This document shows positions 36,201 through 51,200 of a stretch of 64,000 bases of DNA, one piece after another. The translations under genes and the position numbers were made by a program. The stretch is from Pocillopora damicornis (Eukaryota). A model generated the notes under the pieces. It saw nothing but the letters and a program-made list of their open reading frames with translations, was not told the origin of the DNA and did no database searches. The stretch covers positions 372,001-436,000 of the forward strand of contig NW_020846747.1 in NCBI RefSeq assembly GCF_003704095.1. The letters are read 5' to 3'. Each line of letters begins with the position of its first letter. Position 1 is the first letter of the stretch.

Positions 36201-39200
36201 CAAGGTCTTTTAAACGTCATAGCAAATCGCCTTTCATTAAGATAATTTCTTGGCTAATTCTTTGCTACAACGGACAAATAACAACGGGGCACGAATGAAC
36301 ATGGAACGAAGATGGTTAACCCTTCAAGAAGAAATCAAGATGCAACATCTCCATGCAATTCCAGTGTGTTATCTCGAAAACAGATCATGAGAACAAACAA
36401 GCTCATCGGTTTAAGGGAGTTACCTTGAAATGAGACCAAAGTCTCTTGTCTAATTTACAAGGAAATATATGGCAGTCATAAGAAAGAATTTATCACTGGA
36501 TTCTAGGGGATAAAGGGCTTAGGATGGCGAAGATTAACAGGGATCGGAAAAATTAGGAAATTCCATTAATCTGAACAACTTATCCTGACGCACCTTTTTC
36601 TTCCACTTCTGAAAGCCACCCTTGAGCCTTGAGAGCCTGCAGTGATCATCAGCCAGCATCTTCCTTTCCTCTTGGATCCTCTTTGTGACAGCGTACTCGT
36701 GCCAGATCCTCAGGTATTTGAGACGGCTTGTGTCAAGCTGTAGCAAGAGAAAGATGGACTTCATTCCTGCGGCTAAATTGATCGAATGGATTTGGGATTT
36801 TGGCAAAATGCTGCGGCGAGTTGAACGCATGCACCTTCTTCAAGGGCGACCACGGCACTTAAAAACGTTTAAGAACACTTCTCGACTGAGTGTCGTAAAT
36901 CCAAAACCAAAGTTATCGCAACAGCCAATCAGAGGAACAGAGAAAGACTTTAAGAGCCAATAAAGCGCGGGAAAACGCGGGCGACCAAGTCGTGATCGGT
37001 GTTAACTTTGCATCTGATTGGTTAAGAGGGTAACGCGAGTTTTCAGAAGCAATCACAGAGCGAAGAGAAACAAACTAAAGTAATCTCGGATGACCATATT
37101 CGACCCGGATTACATTTGACTTATGACCCAGCTAAGGCTTCAACTTGAAGCGTTTGCCTGAAGCTAAGTGCAATAACCACTCGTGACCTCGTCTCTCACT
37201 TGGAAGAGGGAATTTTGTAAATATCTCTATTTTATGGCGTCCTTAGAGAATTTCACTCATACAAAAGCTGGTGTTTGCAACGAAATTATATAACCTTGTA
37301 TAAAAGGCAATTTTTTCTCTTGTAATAACAACATACAAACAACAACAAAAACAACCTACCCAGTGTTGCCTTGCAGTGACTTTCGTATACAGCTCTCTTC
37401 TCCATTTTCCCAAAGTTTTCGACATCAGTTCTGTTGTCTTGTTGTTTGTGATGTAGTTCAAAAGCTCCTTTTGTAGTTTTCTTTGGCGGGTAAATTTTAG
37501 CCACGTTCTAAAAGTCAGACTCAGAGGCAGGTTCCTCCAGTGCAGTATAGTCTCTGTGGCCATCACCTCACGATCACGTGGTTCACTTTGTGTGCTACGC
37601 CCGGTGAAGGACGTACATGAAGCAGTGCTCATACCGTCATAGTCCTAAGGAAAGAAATATCACGATCAAAATTCTCTCCAGGGGGTTTTATTTACTTTCT
37701 TTGCCATTGATGAAGAGAAAACAATGTATGACCACACGTCGTAATTACTCTTAGGTCAAGATGGCTGGGTGTAAGTTTGAATTCGAACCCATTTTAGCTT
37801 TACATAATGCATTTAAGAGGAGACTGATTCCTAGACTAAATAAGGTAGAGGAGCAAGATTGAGGAGTCACCTGTACATGACACATTATACGAAACGCATA
37901 ACACATCATACAACACAGAAAACACATCACACAAAACTTATCACACATCACACAAATCACACATGATACATCACATGCAAACTTTAGTTTGTGACCAAAC
38001 CTCACAATTATTGTTCCCGATATCTAATTAGTATCTTCAAATGATGTAGATAAGTGAAAAAAAATTTCCAACTTGTATACGAGACCGGTCATACCACTAG
38101 GCGATAAAATGTGACCAATACAGAAATATGAACAACATGTCTCCCTTCTAAACATGCTTACCATGTCCCTCCCCACCCCACCCCACACCTGAACGCCACT
38201 TACCTCATGATCCGTCTCGCTGCTTCCAGAGTGAATGCCTGTATCGTCCTCAGACTTCACAGGAGAAAAGTCCTCCAGTCTAATGGGTGGAGTTGATGGG
38301 AGGGGATGCTCAGGACTGGGGGAAGGAGAGGGGGAGGGGACGGGACTGGTGTGACTTGAATTGAACGCCAAGGGGGACATGGGGCGAGAATCTCTCAGGA
38401 TAGATATAGGGGAAATGGGTCGAACAATGGGACTCTCTGGCCTCAAAAGCTGGTCTATGCCATCGATTCTTCCTGGCAGTGAGGCCGTCTGAAAATAATT
38501 TAAAAAATATCATTGACCCCATGCCGTTTTAAGTTTTCAGGCCCACACGAAACCTCCGTGAATTCACTTTCAAATAAACGCTACTAAGCAGTAATTTCAT
38601 GTGGAACTTCTTCTATTTTTTTAATTGTGCAGCACTAGGTTCTAGCTTTTCAGTCTGTGGATGAAAAAACCCTGGTGTGTGATCATATAATCAAGAGCTT
38701 CTGAGCAGTGCTTTTAAATGGTACTCTCTGTTATGCTGCAAAAAAAAAGGACTGTACAACCACTCAAATGAAGCCACCGAACAGGAAAAGATTTTTGTAT
38801 AAACCCATATTATTCTAGGACAAAGCCTTAGTACTAAAGGCAGCCTATCGTTATTCCATTGTTTTCTTCATCCAAGAACTGTACGCATAATGAAGTATTG
38901 GACTGCGCAGAAATCTGACCCTGAGCAGTTATCTTATCTGGTATTAAAAAGCCATTCTAACGCATCAGACTGTGGAGCAAACCCTTAAGTGTGATCGTTT
39001 TGCTGAAGGCTACTGTGCTCGTCTCTCGTTTAGTATTGTTTATCACGCTAACGAATTTTAACTTTCCATTCTGTAAACAAAATCTTTGTAAGAACCATTC
39101 AGGTGAAAGCTTAAGAACCGCTATTCCATGAGGAATTGAAAACTATGCTGTTTAACAGTGATCCTAACTTCAAACGACGAAATCTAACTGAGTGATCACT

Positions 39201-42200
39201 CAAATATGAGCAGTATGCATCACTGTCAGTATCTGAACAACTGCACAACCACCCCTCCCCTAACCAACATTAAGTTGTTATCCGTTGACTATTATTGGGT
39301 TAGGGGAGGGGTGGGTGCACAGTTGTTGTTATACTTACATCATCGTCCCTCTCCTTGAGAGCTAACCCAAATGTAAACACGGTACCAGATCCCCTCCGAA
39401 TGGAGGCGCCATACCCTGAGGAAGTAAGGGCGTCAGACACAGTGGAGCCAAGAGTCGAGCCTAAGGTTGAACCTAACGGCTGGCGAAAAGAAGGGGAGAA
39501 CGATCCAAAGGAAGAATCCAAGCCGGACACTGAGGTAGCAAACTTTTGCATCTCCACTTGTAGGATCTCTTTAGTAATACGGTGCCATGCTTGAAACATA
39601 CTCCGCAGAAAGGCGTCCTTCTTTGTAAGAGCGTGATCTCTGTTTAGAGAGTAGCAAAAATGGCCAAGTTAATCCTTTGTAACTTTTAAGCCAAAATAAA
39701 ATTTCTTACAAAAGACCTTGCCAACGGAGGATTAAAATGCTCATTTGACAGATTCAGGTTTTAACTTATGGACTAAAATTGGACTCACCCAACATTTCGT
39801 CATCACACTTCCCCTCATAATATTTTTCTCACCTTGCCCATTCCTCCACACGGTAACGTCTCAGCCAAACTGCCCATGCTTTCCTCGTAACTGTGTTCCT
39901 GTATAGATCATCCGCAATTTCTTCTTGCCTCAAGCGATACGCTCTCTGACGGTCAGCGGATGCTCTCCAAAATCTAAAGGACCATTTGACCAATAGCAAA
40001 CCTCGAGCCTGTAATTCACACAAAACGAAATTGAAGCTTCCTCCATTTTCTTGATAATTTTATACTTTGAGTCTCACGACAACATTTTTATTAAATCTTA
40101 AAAGCTTCGCGGGCTAGGAAAAAAACCCTACCTCCTTTCCAATCTCCTCGACCTTCTCCTCAGCTCTATGTTGAACTTTTTCTTTCCATAAAGAGTAGAA
40201 CTTCTCCATTAGTTCAAATCGTCGCGCGCGTATTTTCAGCTTGGCGTATCGCTGATCTTTTATGTAACCTGTAAATTCACAATTTAAAGGGTACACATGT
40301 AAGTGACGCAAATAACGGATAAAATCCTTCAGTAAAATCTATAGGCTTTTTGCGTGACTCGTCGGTCGACCTCACCTCTCCAAGCAGCAAAAGCTCTTGA
40401 CATTTTATTCCGAAGCAGCGTCTCGTTTACTTCTGTTTCTTTAACACGAAGATAAGCCCGATCTCTGTGGCAAAACGAGAAGAAGAAAATTCATACAAAA
40501 ATTTAAAGAAACAACTAAAACAGAACAAAAAGTTAACCATAGCTAAAAACTCCGACAACTGCTGTTGGTGGATTATTCTGCTTCCGATTCGATTCTTAAC
40601 CTCTACCACTCCCTTGATCTAAATATCAGTCGTGTTACATGAGAGCGCACTCGTTTTCGGCTGATCAGAAACGCGTAATTTTTTTCATGTGCATAATTAA
40701 AAAGGGACCTGGTTTTTAGAGGAGCGATTGAGTCTTAGGAGTGAATGGTTTCAAGGTGCTATATGAATTGCTTTTTCTGCGACTGTCACAGACAAAATTA
40801 GCTTATACGAGAAGGAAAGCTAATGTTGGTTCATGAGACAGAAATAAAACAAATAAAATAATTGGATATAAACCATTACCTCCAAAACAGGAAGTATTTG
40901 TCAAGTATCTTTTCTGTCGCTCTTGTCTTCTGATCAACAATATTTTTCAGGCGATGTACGTGAAGTCTCCAAGCATCAAAAACCCTGAAATCATATTTAA
41001 CTAAACCGTTCACAACCTAACATCAGAATCCATATTCTCCCTACTCTTTCAATACATTCTCTTTGGTACTGACAAGGAGAAATTGTTTAACCATCAAAGT
41101 GTTTTTAAGTTGGCGATCATTTCCTTTATTCTCATGACGTAATGAATGATTCAGCAGTATTACTGTGAGGAGAAATTAGATGCTGGTCAATCTTAAGGTT
41201 TAAAGGATACTATGCTATTCATTTGACTTGTAAACGGAGCGAAGCAACGAACCCGAAAAGAAATTCAACGTGTTAAAATATACCAAGAGGATTGTTGAAC
41301 TGTGAAGTGATAGTGGGTTCAAACGCCGGAGCCAAAAGTAGATGTAATATTCTTCCTGTAACTTCCACGCAAAATAATATTCCAGCGTAGAAGTTACTGA
41401 AGAAATGTTACAAATGCTTTTGGTATAAATCAACCAAATTCAGATTTTATGGTAGGTCATGTTTCCAATATGTAAAAACGATTGATCGACTTCTAAACAT
41501 CAGAAATGAGAGATAAAAACATAAAATGATGGGAACTAAGGACACAATAAAAATACTCAAACAATAAACAAAAAATTAGATGTAGCCACTACGGTAGGTG
41601 GAATTCTTGATCAAAAGTTGTTAAAGCACATTTACAAAAAGCAAAGTCTGGGCAGGAAATTCATAGCAAATACTTATAGCCATGCGGTATTATTCATTCT
41701 TTGGAAATAATTTCCACAATTTGGGAGATTGATATTTTCAATTCCAAAGTTAAAATTAGCATCAAGAGGGTTTCAACTATCCACATTGCTTTCCCACAAG
41801 GCATTGGGTGGGGGGAGACTTAAAACCCGCTTCCCACCCCACACCCCCCGCTTTGATCTTGACTTGGCTTTCTCAAACTCAATGCTGTACCTGGCCATTT
41901 CTTTCCTCTCTCTCCGAGCTACCATGGGTGAAATGATTTGTTGTTCCTGATTAACAACTCTCCACGCCTGAAGGACACGAGCTTTGAAGTTCTTTGTCAA
42001 GATAGCTCTTGCTCTGAAGACCTTTTCATTCTCTGCATCAACTTTTCTCTTCTGCAGTTTCCAGGTCCTAAAAATTCCTAAAGACGGGATAGTTGAAATC
42101 AGGTACCCGAAGAAAAACAAAAAACAGAGAGACAAAGACGACAAACATAAAACACAACAAAACTCTAGTGGGCCACTCTCTAATTAATCTCCTCTCTTAT

Positions 42201-45200
42201 AAGCCCCCTCTCGAAAAAGCCCCCGCTCTAAAAAAACCACCCTCTCTGCTAAGCCCTCTTCTGTACCAGGCCCTTCTCTCTTACCTCCTCCCTCCCACGT
42301 CCTTTCAATATTCTGTCTTTGTTTGAGAACGCTTTCCTAAACTTACTTTTCATCATCAATAGTTGCCAGATATCGCGATTCACCATCAGTCTTTGCTCCA
42401 AGTACTTCTTCTTTAAAAGAAGTTTCCAAGCTTCACATGCTTTCCTGTAGCAAAGAAGTTAAAGACATTTTGTTGAGACTTCGTTGATATTTTGTGGATG
42501 CAATTAAACCAGCACTACAGGGCCAAAGAGATCTTTATAAATCACGTAAGGGAAGTCCCATTTTAAAGTGGACAATATTTCCACGCGTTTTTCTTATTTT
42601 CAATGAACTAAAAAAGAACTTCATGAAACATCAGATCTACTTGAGGCCCTTCGAAAGAGAAACTTCACCACTCCCGGGTCAGTTTTTGCCCAACTTCAGA
42701 CAAACCCTACCTGAAGTCCATGAACTGCAACGAAATAGTGCAGATTACTTTCCCGCAGTCTCTGTGATTTGTTTACAAATTCTATATATATTATTAACCA
42801 ACCAGGAACAAAAATTAAACCATGCGCGTCTTGGTCGAGAGTTTTTACGCGTTTTCCTGCGCTTTGAGCTCTGAAGCCTGCATACTGTCAGTTTTCATTA
42901 ATTCTCAACATTTTCCTTCTCTCTGAAACATTTTATGTCCTCAAACCTTTAATTTGCGAAGAACTACCAAGTAGTTGCCACTTACTTTGTACACCGCTTG
43001 GACCAATTAACTCTCGCTTTCTTTCTGAAGTTAGCCACCTTCATGGCAAACAACCAGCGATCCATCATTTTTCGCGAAGCGATGTGATTCTTCTTCTGGA
43101 TCAACTGAATTTCTTTGCTCCTGCATGTAAAGACAAAACACGTGTCAAAGCTTTGAGAATTCTAAGCCGCCGTGAGTCCTTTGCAAACTCTTATTCTATC
43201 GCGCAACTCAAAAGAAATCAGTTTTCAGTATTTGCAAATGGTTCTAAATTACAGCTGTAATTTAACGCTACCAGTGGATCATGCACCGAGATTTTGCAAG
43301 AAAAGAGTTTTGCCAAAGAAAAGCGATCAGGCCTCTCGACTCAGGCTCTTGCACGCCAACAGTTAGGCCATTTCACTACATGTAACAACAACTCAAGAGT
43401 CACCCAGGATCTACCTACTCACCTGAGAGCTTTGTTCTCTTTCACGTGTTGTTTCCAGTTATTTAACATGCTGCTGACAAGCATCCGTTCTAAGGAACCA
43501 ACAAAGGCTCTTCTCCTCTCCCTTTGCTGTTTGGTAAAATTTGACCATCTGTTGAAGAACCTGCGCTTTTTCCCCTGAAAGAAGAGCCACAAGGTTTCAA
43601 TTGTTGTGTAACCACAATGATTTCACCTTGATGAGAAGACTCTCACTCTCTCTCTCTCTCGATCATTTCATTCGCAAGTAGCAAACACGCGGTCTTTGAA
43701 AAAGTTTACACTCGTCATGAGATGGTAAAAACATCCGTGCAGAATATTGAATATAGAAAAAAACATTTCAGCCTTCGAAAATTTGAAAGAGAGTAGTTCG
43801 TGCAGATGTGCAAAAACTGGAGCTCCCAGTTCATAGCCATATATATAAACACCACCAAATGTCCAAATGGGAAAAAATTTAAATAGAATGACTCGTCTAC
43901 GGCAAGTTTGTTCTGTACCACAACTTATACCGATTTCCTCCGGAGAAATTCTTAAAAGCGTGTCGAGCACAATGCGAAATGGCATTCGTTTTTCTTTACT
44001 CTGTTCTGTCTTAAAATAACTCGCACGCGGCAACCTCCTAAACCAATCAGATTCATAACTAAAACCAACTGCGACTACATGTGGATCACTCGCGTTTTCT
44101 TACGCTTCAGGCGGTTTGGTTGTTTTCACTGGCTTTGTTCGAATTGGTTCCCTATGTTTTTTCCTTCGTCCCGAATGACCATTTTTATCAAATTAGTATT
44201 TATTTTACGACACCAGAGTTATCAGCAGTGTTACATTAAATTCATAATTCAGGCTAGTTCTGAATCTTAACCCTGTAAATGACACTTCAAAAAAAAAAAA
44301 AAATTCAAAACGAATCCTTAGAACAATACGTCTTCCCAAATCACCTCTCTTCATACCTTTTTGGCCAAGGCCTTGCACAGATGTCGATGAATAACCTTCC
44401 TCCTGTACCGCAAAAACCACAACTTGAATATCTTCCTGAAGATGAAGAAAAAAAATTTGAAAGCATTAGACTGCATCACGGACGGTAAGAATCATTTCAT
44501 CGTTCTTAAACTGAATCAGCCTTCTCCGCCTCTGAAAGTTTCAAATCAAGAGTGAAACTTTCAACTAAGCGTCGGAAGTAATTCTGCATTGCACTGATTA
44601 AACTTTATTTTGCTATTTAATTGTTAAAAAAAAAACCCCACGCTACCCTTTCGACCAATGAAGGTCCAAACTAAACCCAGTCACTCGTGTTTCCCGCGCT
44701 TGAAGCAGTTTGTTTGTCGTTACGCTGAATTCTCATTGGCTACTTGTGATATTTGCCGTTGTTCTGTTTGGCTGTAGCGATTACTTTACTTTTGGTTTTA
44801 TGCCATGCAGTCATAGGTTGAGCACAAACAAAAAGCCCATCGTTCTCTAGTCTCGGTTTACCTCTGAAGTCCGTTTCTGTAACGCCTATCCGCCTGCCGG
44901 TTCATTAGCCGGATTTTCCAGTGATGAAAAGATTGCTTGACCAACTTGTGACGATGATATTCCTTGCACATGCTCTGGAACCTCAGCCGAATAATCCTGT
45001 GAGGACACAGAATAACGACAAAATCAATACCAGACCTGCAGATTTTTAGTTAATGAATTTTTTCTAGGCAATTTATACAGTTGTAACTTTGCACGGTTTT
45101 AAGAGAATAACTACATGCAGATCGTGCAATTTCTGGAGTGAAAAGTACAGGCGCCTAAAAGGTTTTTTAAACTTCAGCTTTTTCGATCGTTAACAACTAT

Positions 45201-48200
45201 TAACACAATTTGTAATCAAGCGTCGAGAGGATTTCATTAGTTTTGCTTTTTTATACTCTTTGATTGGTCCAGAAAACTGACGTTGGCCTCTCGACCACTC
45301 AATGAAATGCAGAGCTACAACCAATTGCGTCATGGCCACTCTTGTTTTCCCGCGCTTACGAATTCTACGTATAATTGGCTCCTTGTAATGCTCATCTTTG
45401 TTCTGATCGGTCACTGTAATTGCTTAAGCTATGGTTTTGCCGAACACAAGCGAAAAGCGCTAAAAGATTGTCCATACAGTTGGCTTTGCACCTACTCTTC
45501 AATTGCTCTACTCTTCAATCGCCCTTCAATCGCTCTAATACGAAGATGTTGCCGGTTTTTTTCGGCTGCGCATTTTTACGGAGTTTGTTTAACTTACTTG
45601 GCATACTGAGTCCAGTTCTTCCAACAATAGAAAGCTTTTACAAGTACGCGTTTCCTAGAAAAATGAAAAAAATATAATATAATTTACACAAATGATACTG
45701 ATGAAACAAACAAAGCAGAAAAGAAAAAGTACCAAACAAGCTAAAAAAGGTTGAAATGTACTTCTCAATCAATTTGGGAAAAACAAAGACGAAAAACATT
45801 GCCAAACCCCATTCTATCTTTACCACTGCTCTGTTCCACAAAAAAATTCCTTTCACAGAGATCACTTTTTTAAAATGAGTGTCAAACGAAATCCGGAATA
45901 ACCCGTGTTTTGTTTTACTTCGCTCTGTCATTGGTCCAGAAGACTCGCGCCAATCTCTCAACCAATCAGATGCAAAACTAAAACCAATCACGACTTGGTC
46001 GCCCGCGTTTTCCCGCGCTTTGGGCGATTTGGCTGTCTTTACTTTGACCTCATTGGCTATTAAAGGTATTTTTAACCTTTCTTCTGATTTGCCCTTGTGA
46101 TTACTTTGGTTTTGGCTCTGAGACACTCAGTGGAAAGGCGTTCTAATCTCATAACTGCAAGAGTAAAATGATTCTACACGCAACTTACGATTTCAAACTA
46201 TCTGCGACAACTGCTTTGCCCGTGTTTTCCTTCCAAAGGGTAAATAATCTGGCCTGTAAATGTTCTTCATAGTGTACTCTGAGAAGTGAACACACAAGAA
46301 CCAAGTTCGTTACATTATAAAGTATCGCACATAAAATAACAATTGTTCAGTGTACAATAAGAGAACAGTAAGGAGAACTTGCACTCTGATGTTAGGGTGT
46401 AAACGAGGTTTCTGTGACTATTAAGGCGTAACCGTATAATAAATCCCTTCTTTTTGGCAAAGTCCGTTGCGCGAGTTAAAAATAGGTCAACGAAGAAAAC
46501 AAATTGACACTGGCGCGCCGCGCGGAACCCTGTGAGTGAGGCGCATTACTCCCGGAGTTCCGCGCAGTGCGATAACTTTTTTTCGCGGATGTTACCTTCC
46601 TTATTTTTTATTTGCGCGACGGCCCTCGCCGAAAAGGAGTGACTGTTTGTCGTCTAGTAAGGCATCTGACCCCGAAATAGAAATGCCCCGGAAGGTTTTA
46701 GATTTTAATTGTATCAGATTCGCTCAGACCTTTTCTTTTCTTTGTTCTTCTCTGGTAAAAAATATTTACCGTCTCTTTCTATTCCATTAATCTGCGCTTT
46801 TCCATCACTAATATAAGTTTTAAGTCTACTTTGAAAATTGATAGTTCTCAAATCCTTGTTAGGCCATCCTTTAAAAACTATGCTTTCGTTTTCTTTTAGT
46901 TCACCTGGCAACTTCTTTCAATCTTGTTTTAACCACTCTCTGTGAAGCGTACAATCTCCAGCTGTGCCAGCTCCTTGTCAGTAAACCGATTCTGGTCAGA
47001 AAAAACAGTCCTTGAAAGTTAATCCTGATGTGTTTGAACTTGTGAGAACTGTGAGCATTTGAAAATGTGCTTAAACGAGATCCCGAAAACGACGAAAATG
47101 TAGTTTGAATTTCCCAGTTAATACGAAGTAAATCTTCTTCAGCTAATTCCATTTCCCGGTGTAAATATTGATTTGCTTGAGTAATGACCAGAATTAAACA
47201 AATTATTGTTCAAATTACAAAAGTAGTGAATTTCGCCAGAAGGTTCAGCAAGCCACAAGCGCGTTCACTCGAAACATTTTGGATCATCGCATTGAACATG
47301 CGAATGTTAAATTTAAGACTTCTTTTTCGTCTTTTTCAATTCAGAATGCTTGAAGTAGTATAGAACACAAATCAGATCTTTGTTCTTGTTCAAAAGGAAC
47401 CGTGCCTCGTGTGTTAATTACGTGTTATGAATTTTTTCACAGCCCCAACAAATACGATTATCATTATATTGCTAAATTCGTTGATAACACCTGTTGCATA
47501 TCAAACATGCTCATAAACTAAGAATCTCTGATCATAATTCGCCAATTTTGATAAATTAGGCACTTTTAGGAAACACAGTTAAAAACTGAAGGCATTTTGG
47601 TGGTCTAGATTTCTTTGTTCTTAACTTTCTTACTCATAAATTTCAAAACGTATACATTAAAATAATGTACGCAAGACAAAATTGCCAAAAGTACTGTGCA
47701 GTTGGACAGGACACTAAATCGTTGAAATCCATCTGGAAATTTTTAATTCATATGATAAGCTGATTTATACATGCATTCTGATTAGTTCTTACTTACAATA
47801 TATCGGAGGACAGAGGAAGCATGCAAGCATAGATGACGACATACAAAACAAATAGATTAATATTTCTGTGGTTTTGAGCGGTAATAGAATCACAGTGGAC
47901 GTCAAAATGTGGTCAGAATGAAGTGACACACCTTGCTGCGCTTCATGTGCCACTTTTTTTTCTTACCAAAATTTGACGTCAACTGTGTTCAATTACTAAA
48001 CAGACGCATTGTAACATGGAATCTATTTATTAATTAGCTAATAAGTACAGAATTTTTGTACAATAAACAGCGGAAACTTGAACCATACTTGTAGTGTAAG
48101 GAAGCAACTCCATTCTTCTGCTCCATATCACACTTTATCTTCCATTTAATATAATTTCTCGATAATATGTGCCTGTCAGCCATCTGTTCCATCATTGCGC

Positions 48201-51200
48201 CCCTTGATTATAAGAGAAAAAAAAAAGCTTTTAATTTGAAAACTTTCATGGAGCTGCAGATTCTTTTTAGTGGTTCAGGATGTTGTTTGTATCCTTTGCT
48301 CACTGCTCGGAAAAATACTACGTAACTCGCAAGAAACCTGCGCGTATTATACGTTAACCTATCAAATAAGGTGTATATAAACCACTAGACTTTATTACTT
48401 GTCATGTAGAGAAAAGATTGTTACCTGTTTTGATCCATTTTGAACAAGTGCCACTTGTCAAACGCTTCTCGCAGTCTATCAGTCACTTTCGTTTGCACAG
48501 CCTTTTGCCACTAAATGAAGATTTAAAGAAAAAGTTATGCAAATGAAGATCCCGGCTCTTGACATAAATCTACTGTATGCTCCTTTCAACTCCATCTACC
48601 CTTTGTCAACACATTACAGGCTTTAAAATACGCGATAATATTTTACGTGTTCACAGTGAGAAAAATTTGCACAATTTCTAACTTAAAAATCTCCAGAATT
48701 ACTGTGAAGATTTGAAACTTAAAAATCATAATAATCTTGTTGAGCTCACTCTTTTCACCGAGTTACCTTAATTTAAACAATCATCCAACAATTTACTTAA
48801 AATACATAGAAAATATATCTTCCATCTACTAACTTATGATAATTTTGTGCTTAGAGCGATTTTCAATTGTGTCGAAATTAGTCCGAGATAGCATAGGATT
48901 TGCCTCACTTCTCTCTGTGATTGGTTCAGAAAACTGGCGCCACTCTCTCATCCAATCAGATTCAAATCTTTAAAAACCAATCGCGACTTGGTCACCCGCG
49001 TTTTCCCGCGCTTCGGGCAGTTTGCTTGTGTTTACTTTGACTTCTTATTGGCTCTTAAAGTTTCCTTTGTTCTGATTGGTTTTTGTAATTTCTTGGATTT
49101 GCCTTGAAAGGCGGTCTCCTACAAGTACATTGTAACTTTTCCACACCTTTAGCCAGTATTTGGCCGTAATCCTGGCTCTAGCCCTCGTCTGGACCTCCGA
49201 TACGGACTGTTTATGCTGACTCACAGCAAATCGCAGGGCACTCAATCCTTTCTGTAGCATGAGCTTTCTTCGCAGTTTGTCTGCTTTTTCCAGCTGAACA
49301 GTCCTGGCATTTCTCCATGCTTCAAAATACTTATGTTGCGTCTCTGTTTGCCAGAACGTGACTGCACTGTTAAAAGAATGGTGCAAAAAATTACCAAACG
49401 CAATCTATACTCCCTTCAATGTTTTGACCTACATTTTGAAGCTGTATGCATTCATGTAGTTGTGCTTGTACAACGTAGACGTTAATCCTGTTTAGCAAAC
49501 TTCCCCTGACCATTACTTGAATTAATGGGTTTGAAGAAACCCTGATCACCTATAGTGTGTCACAAAGAGCTAGCCAAGGCTCAGACCAAATTTATGTTCT
49601 ACATGCACGATAAACAATACTTGCAGGTGGTACCCTGTTATATTTACCCCCATGGCCGACATATTACCTTGCAGGGGCTGTCAACCTCTCAGGCACCTTA
49701 CTCATCTACTGTTAATGAGTTTAACAATTTATCAAATACCTTTGTAATTTGACGTCATCCTCTTGTTTGATCAGCCTTTTCAGCCTTGTCTTCTGGTACC
49801 AGCGTCGAAAAAGGCGACCCTTCAAATTACATGCCAATAGTAAACATAATATCTAACAGATTATGCTCGATGGAAACTGTTTAATTTGATACATTACGCT
49901 TGGGTAAAAAATTTACAATATATAATGTTAGCTACCTTGAGCAGCAGCTCCTGATAAGAATTTGGACTGGACGTTCGAGAGGCCCAGAGAGCAGAGGAAA
50001 TTCTCTGTGATTTATCCACTGAAAATGAGTTTCTCAAGCTAGAAAATAATTAAAAGGCACATTAAAGAAACATACTTTTACAAACCTGAAAATACATGTA
50101 TTAGGCAAGGTTACATTGTAATTTCATGTCATTTACGAGAATTTGCTTCCAGTGAAATAAAATTAGCTTGCAAGTAGGCCTCGTCATTGGAGCTGCAAGA
50201 AACGTGATTCTCCGCCCGAGGAAAGATTTGAGACGAGTCGGGGAGAGGTTTGCGGAGGGTCTGGCACTAATTATGAGGTGCAAACCTCTCACTGGCTTAC
50301 GTTACTCAAGGCTTCATACTTTCCCGCGGGCGAAGAACGCTCGTGACAAAGGGCGCTCGTAGACTGAACTGTAAAACAAACATTTCTCCTTCTTGAGCAC
50401 GGGTTTTCAGTAAGAATCAGAGTAGAAGGAAAAAGTTTGGGGGTAGTTAGAGAATGGAGACAAAGTGATGAAAATACAAAGAGCTTTCAAACTCAAAACT
50501 CATCCATGTACTACCTGAGATCCTGTGGGAGATTTCCTCTTTTATCCAAGTAATCGTCAAGTGAGTGTTCTCTTTTACTGCTTTTCTCAAAGTGAGGAGT
50601 GAACCTATAAGGCGGTGAATTATCTGGACTTGACTTCACACTTCCGCTGCTTAACAACTCCTCAATTGTGAGACTGTCGTCTCCGCTACGTCCACTCGAC
50701 ATCAGGCTTGGCCTTGAGCTCAGATCCACTTTACTGTTTGTTTGCTGTAAGAATGATTTCCCTGCTGATCTGAGTGAAGATCTAGACAAAACTTTATTTC
50801 CACTGAATCCCAAACTGACATTTGATTGTCTGGACGGTGAGGCTAAATTCCTGGAGAGATTTGATTCAAACAAGTTGTGTTCACCATACAGAGACAAAAG
50901 CCGAACTGAGTGTGAACTCCGTTGTGAATTGCAGTGATCTGAACTTTGGTTCGTACATGTATCTCTGGTGGGAGGGGAGGGTGGGAGAGCCACATCATAG
51001 GGGTCACCATAACTGCTATTTCCCTCACTCAGACCGTTCCTTTCTGCCACCGTAGTCTCTAGTCTTGGTTTCTGATCAAAGCTTCTCTTCACTGCATTTT
51101 TTTGTACTCCAGATTCAACGAAGTTTTGGCCAAGGCGTCCACTCAACACCACGTTGCTCTGTACGGTGTGCTCTTGCTGTACAGGGAAGCCATTCTGAGC

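Noticed and set aside
39750-39812. GTGATGA...CTGA on the minus strand as a possible C/D snoRNA
   Set aside because: Only ~55 nt between the boxes, with no terminal stem or recognisable guide.
45638-46126. 162-aa ORF and similar ORFs at 26351-26599 and 28046-28575
   Set aside because: Chance frames through the CCAAT-rich repeat; no transposase or RT motifs.
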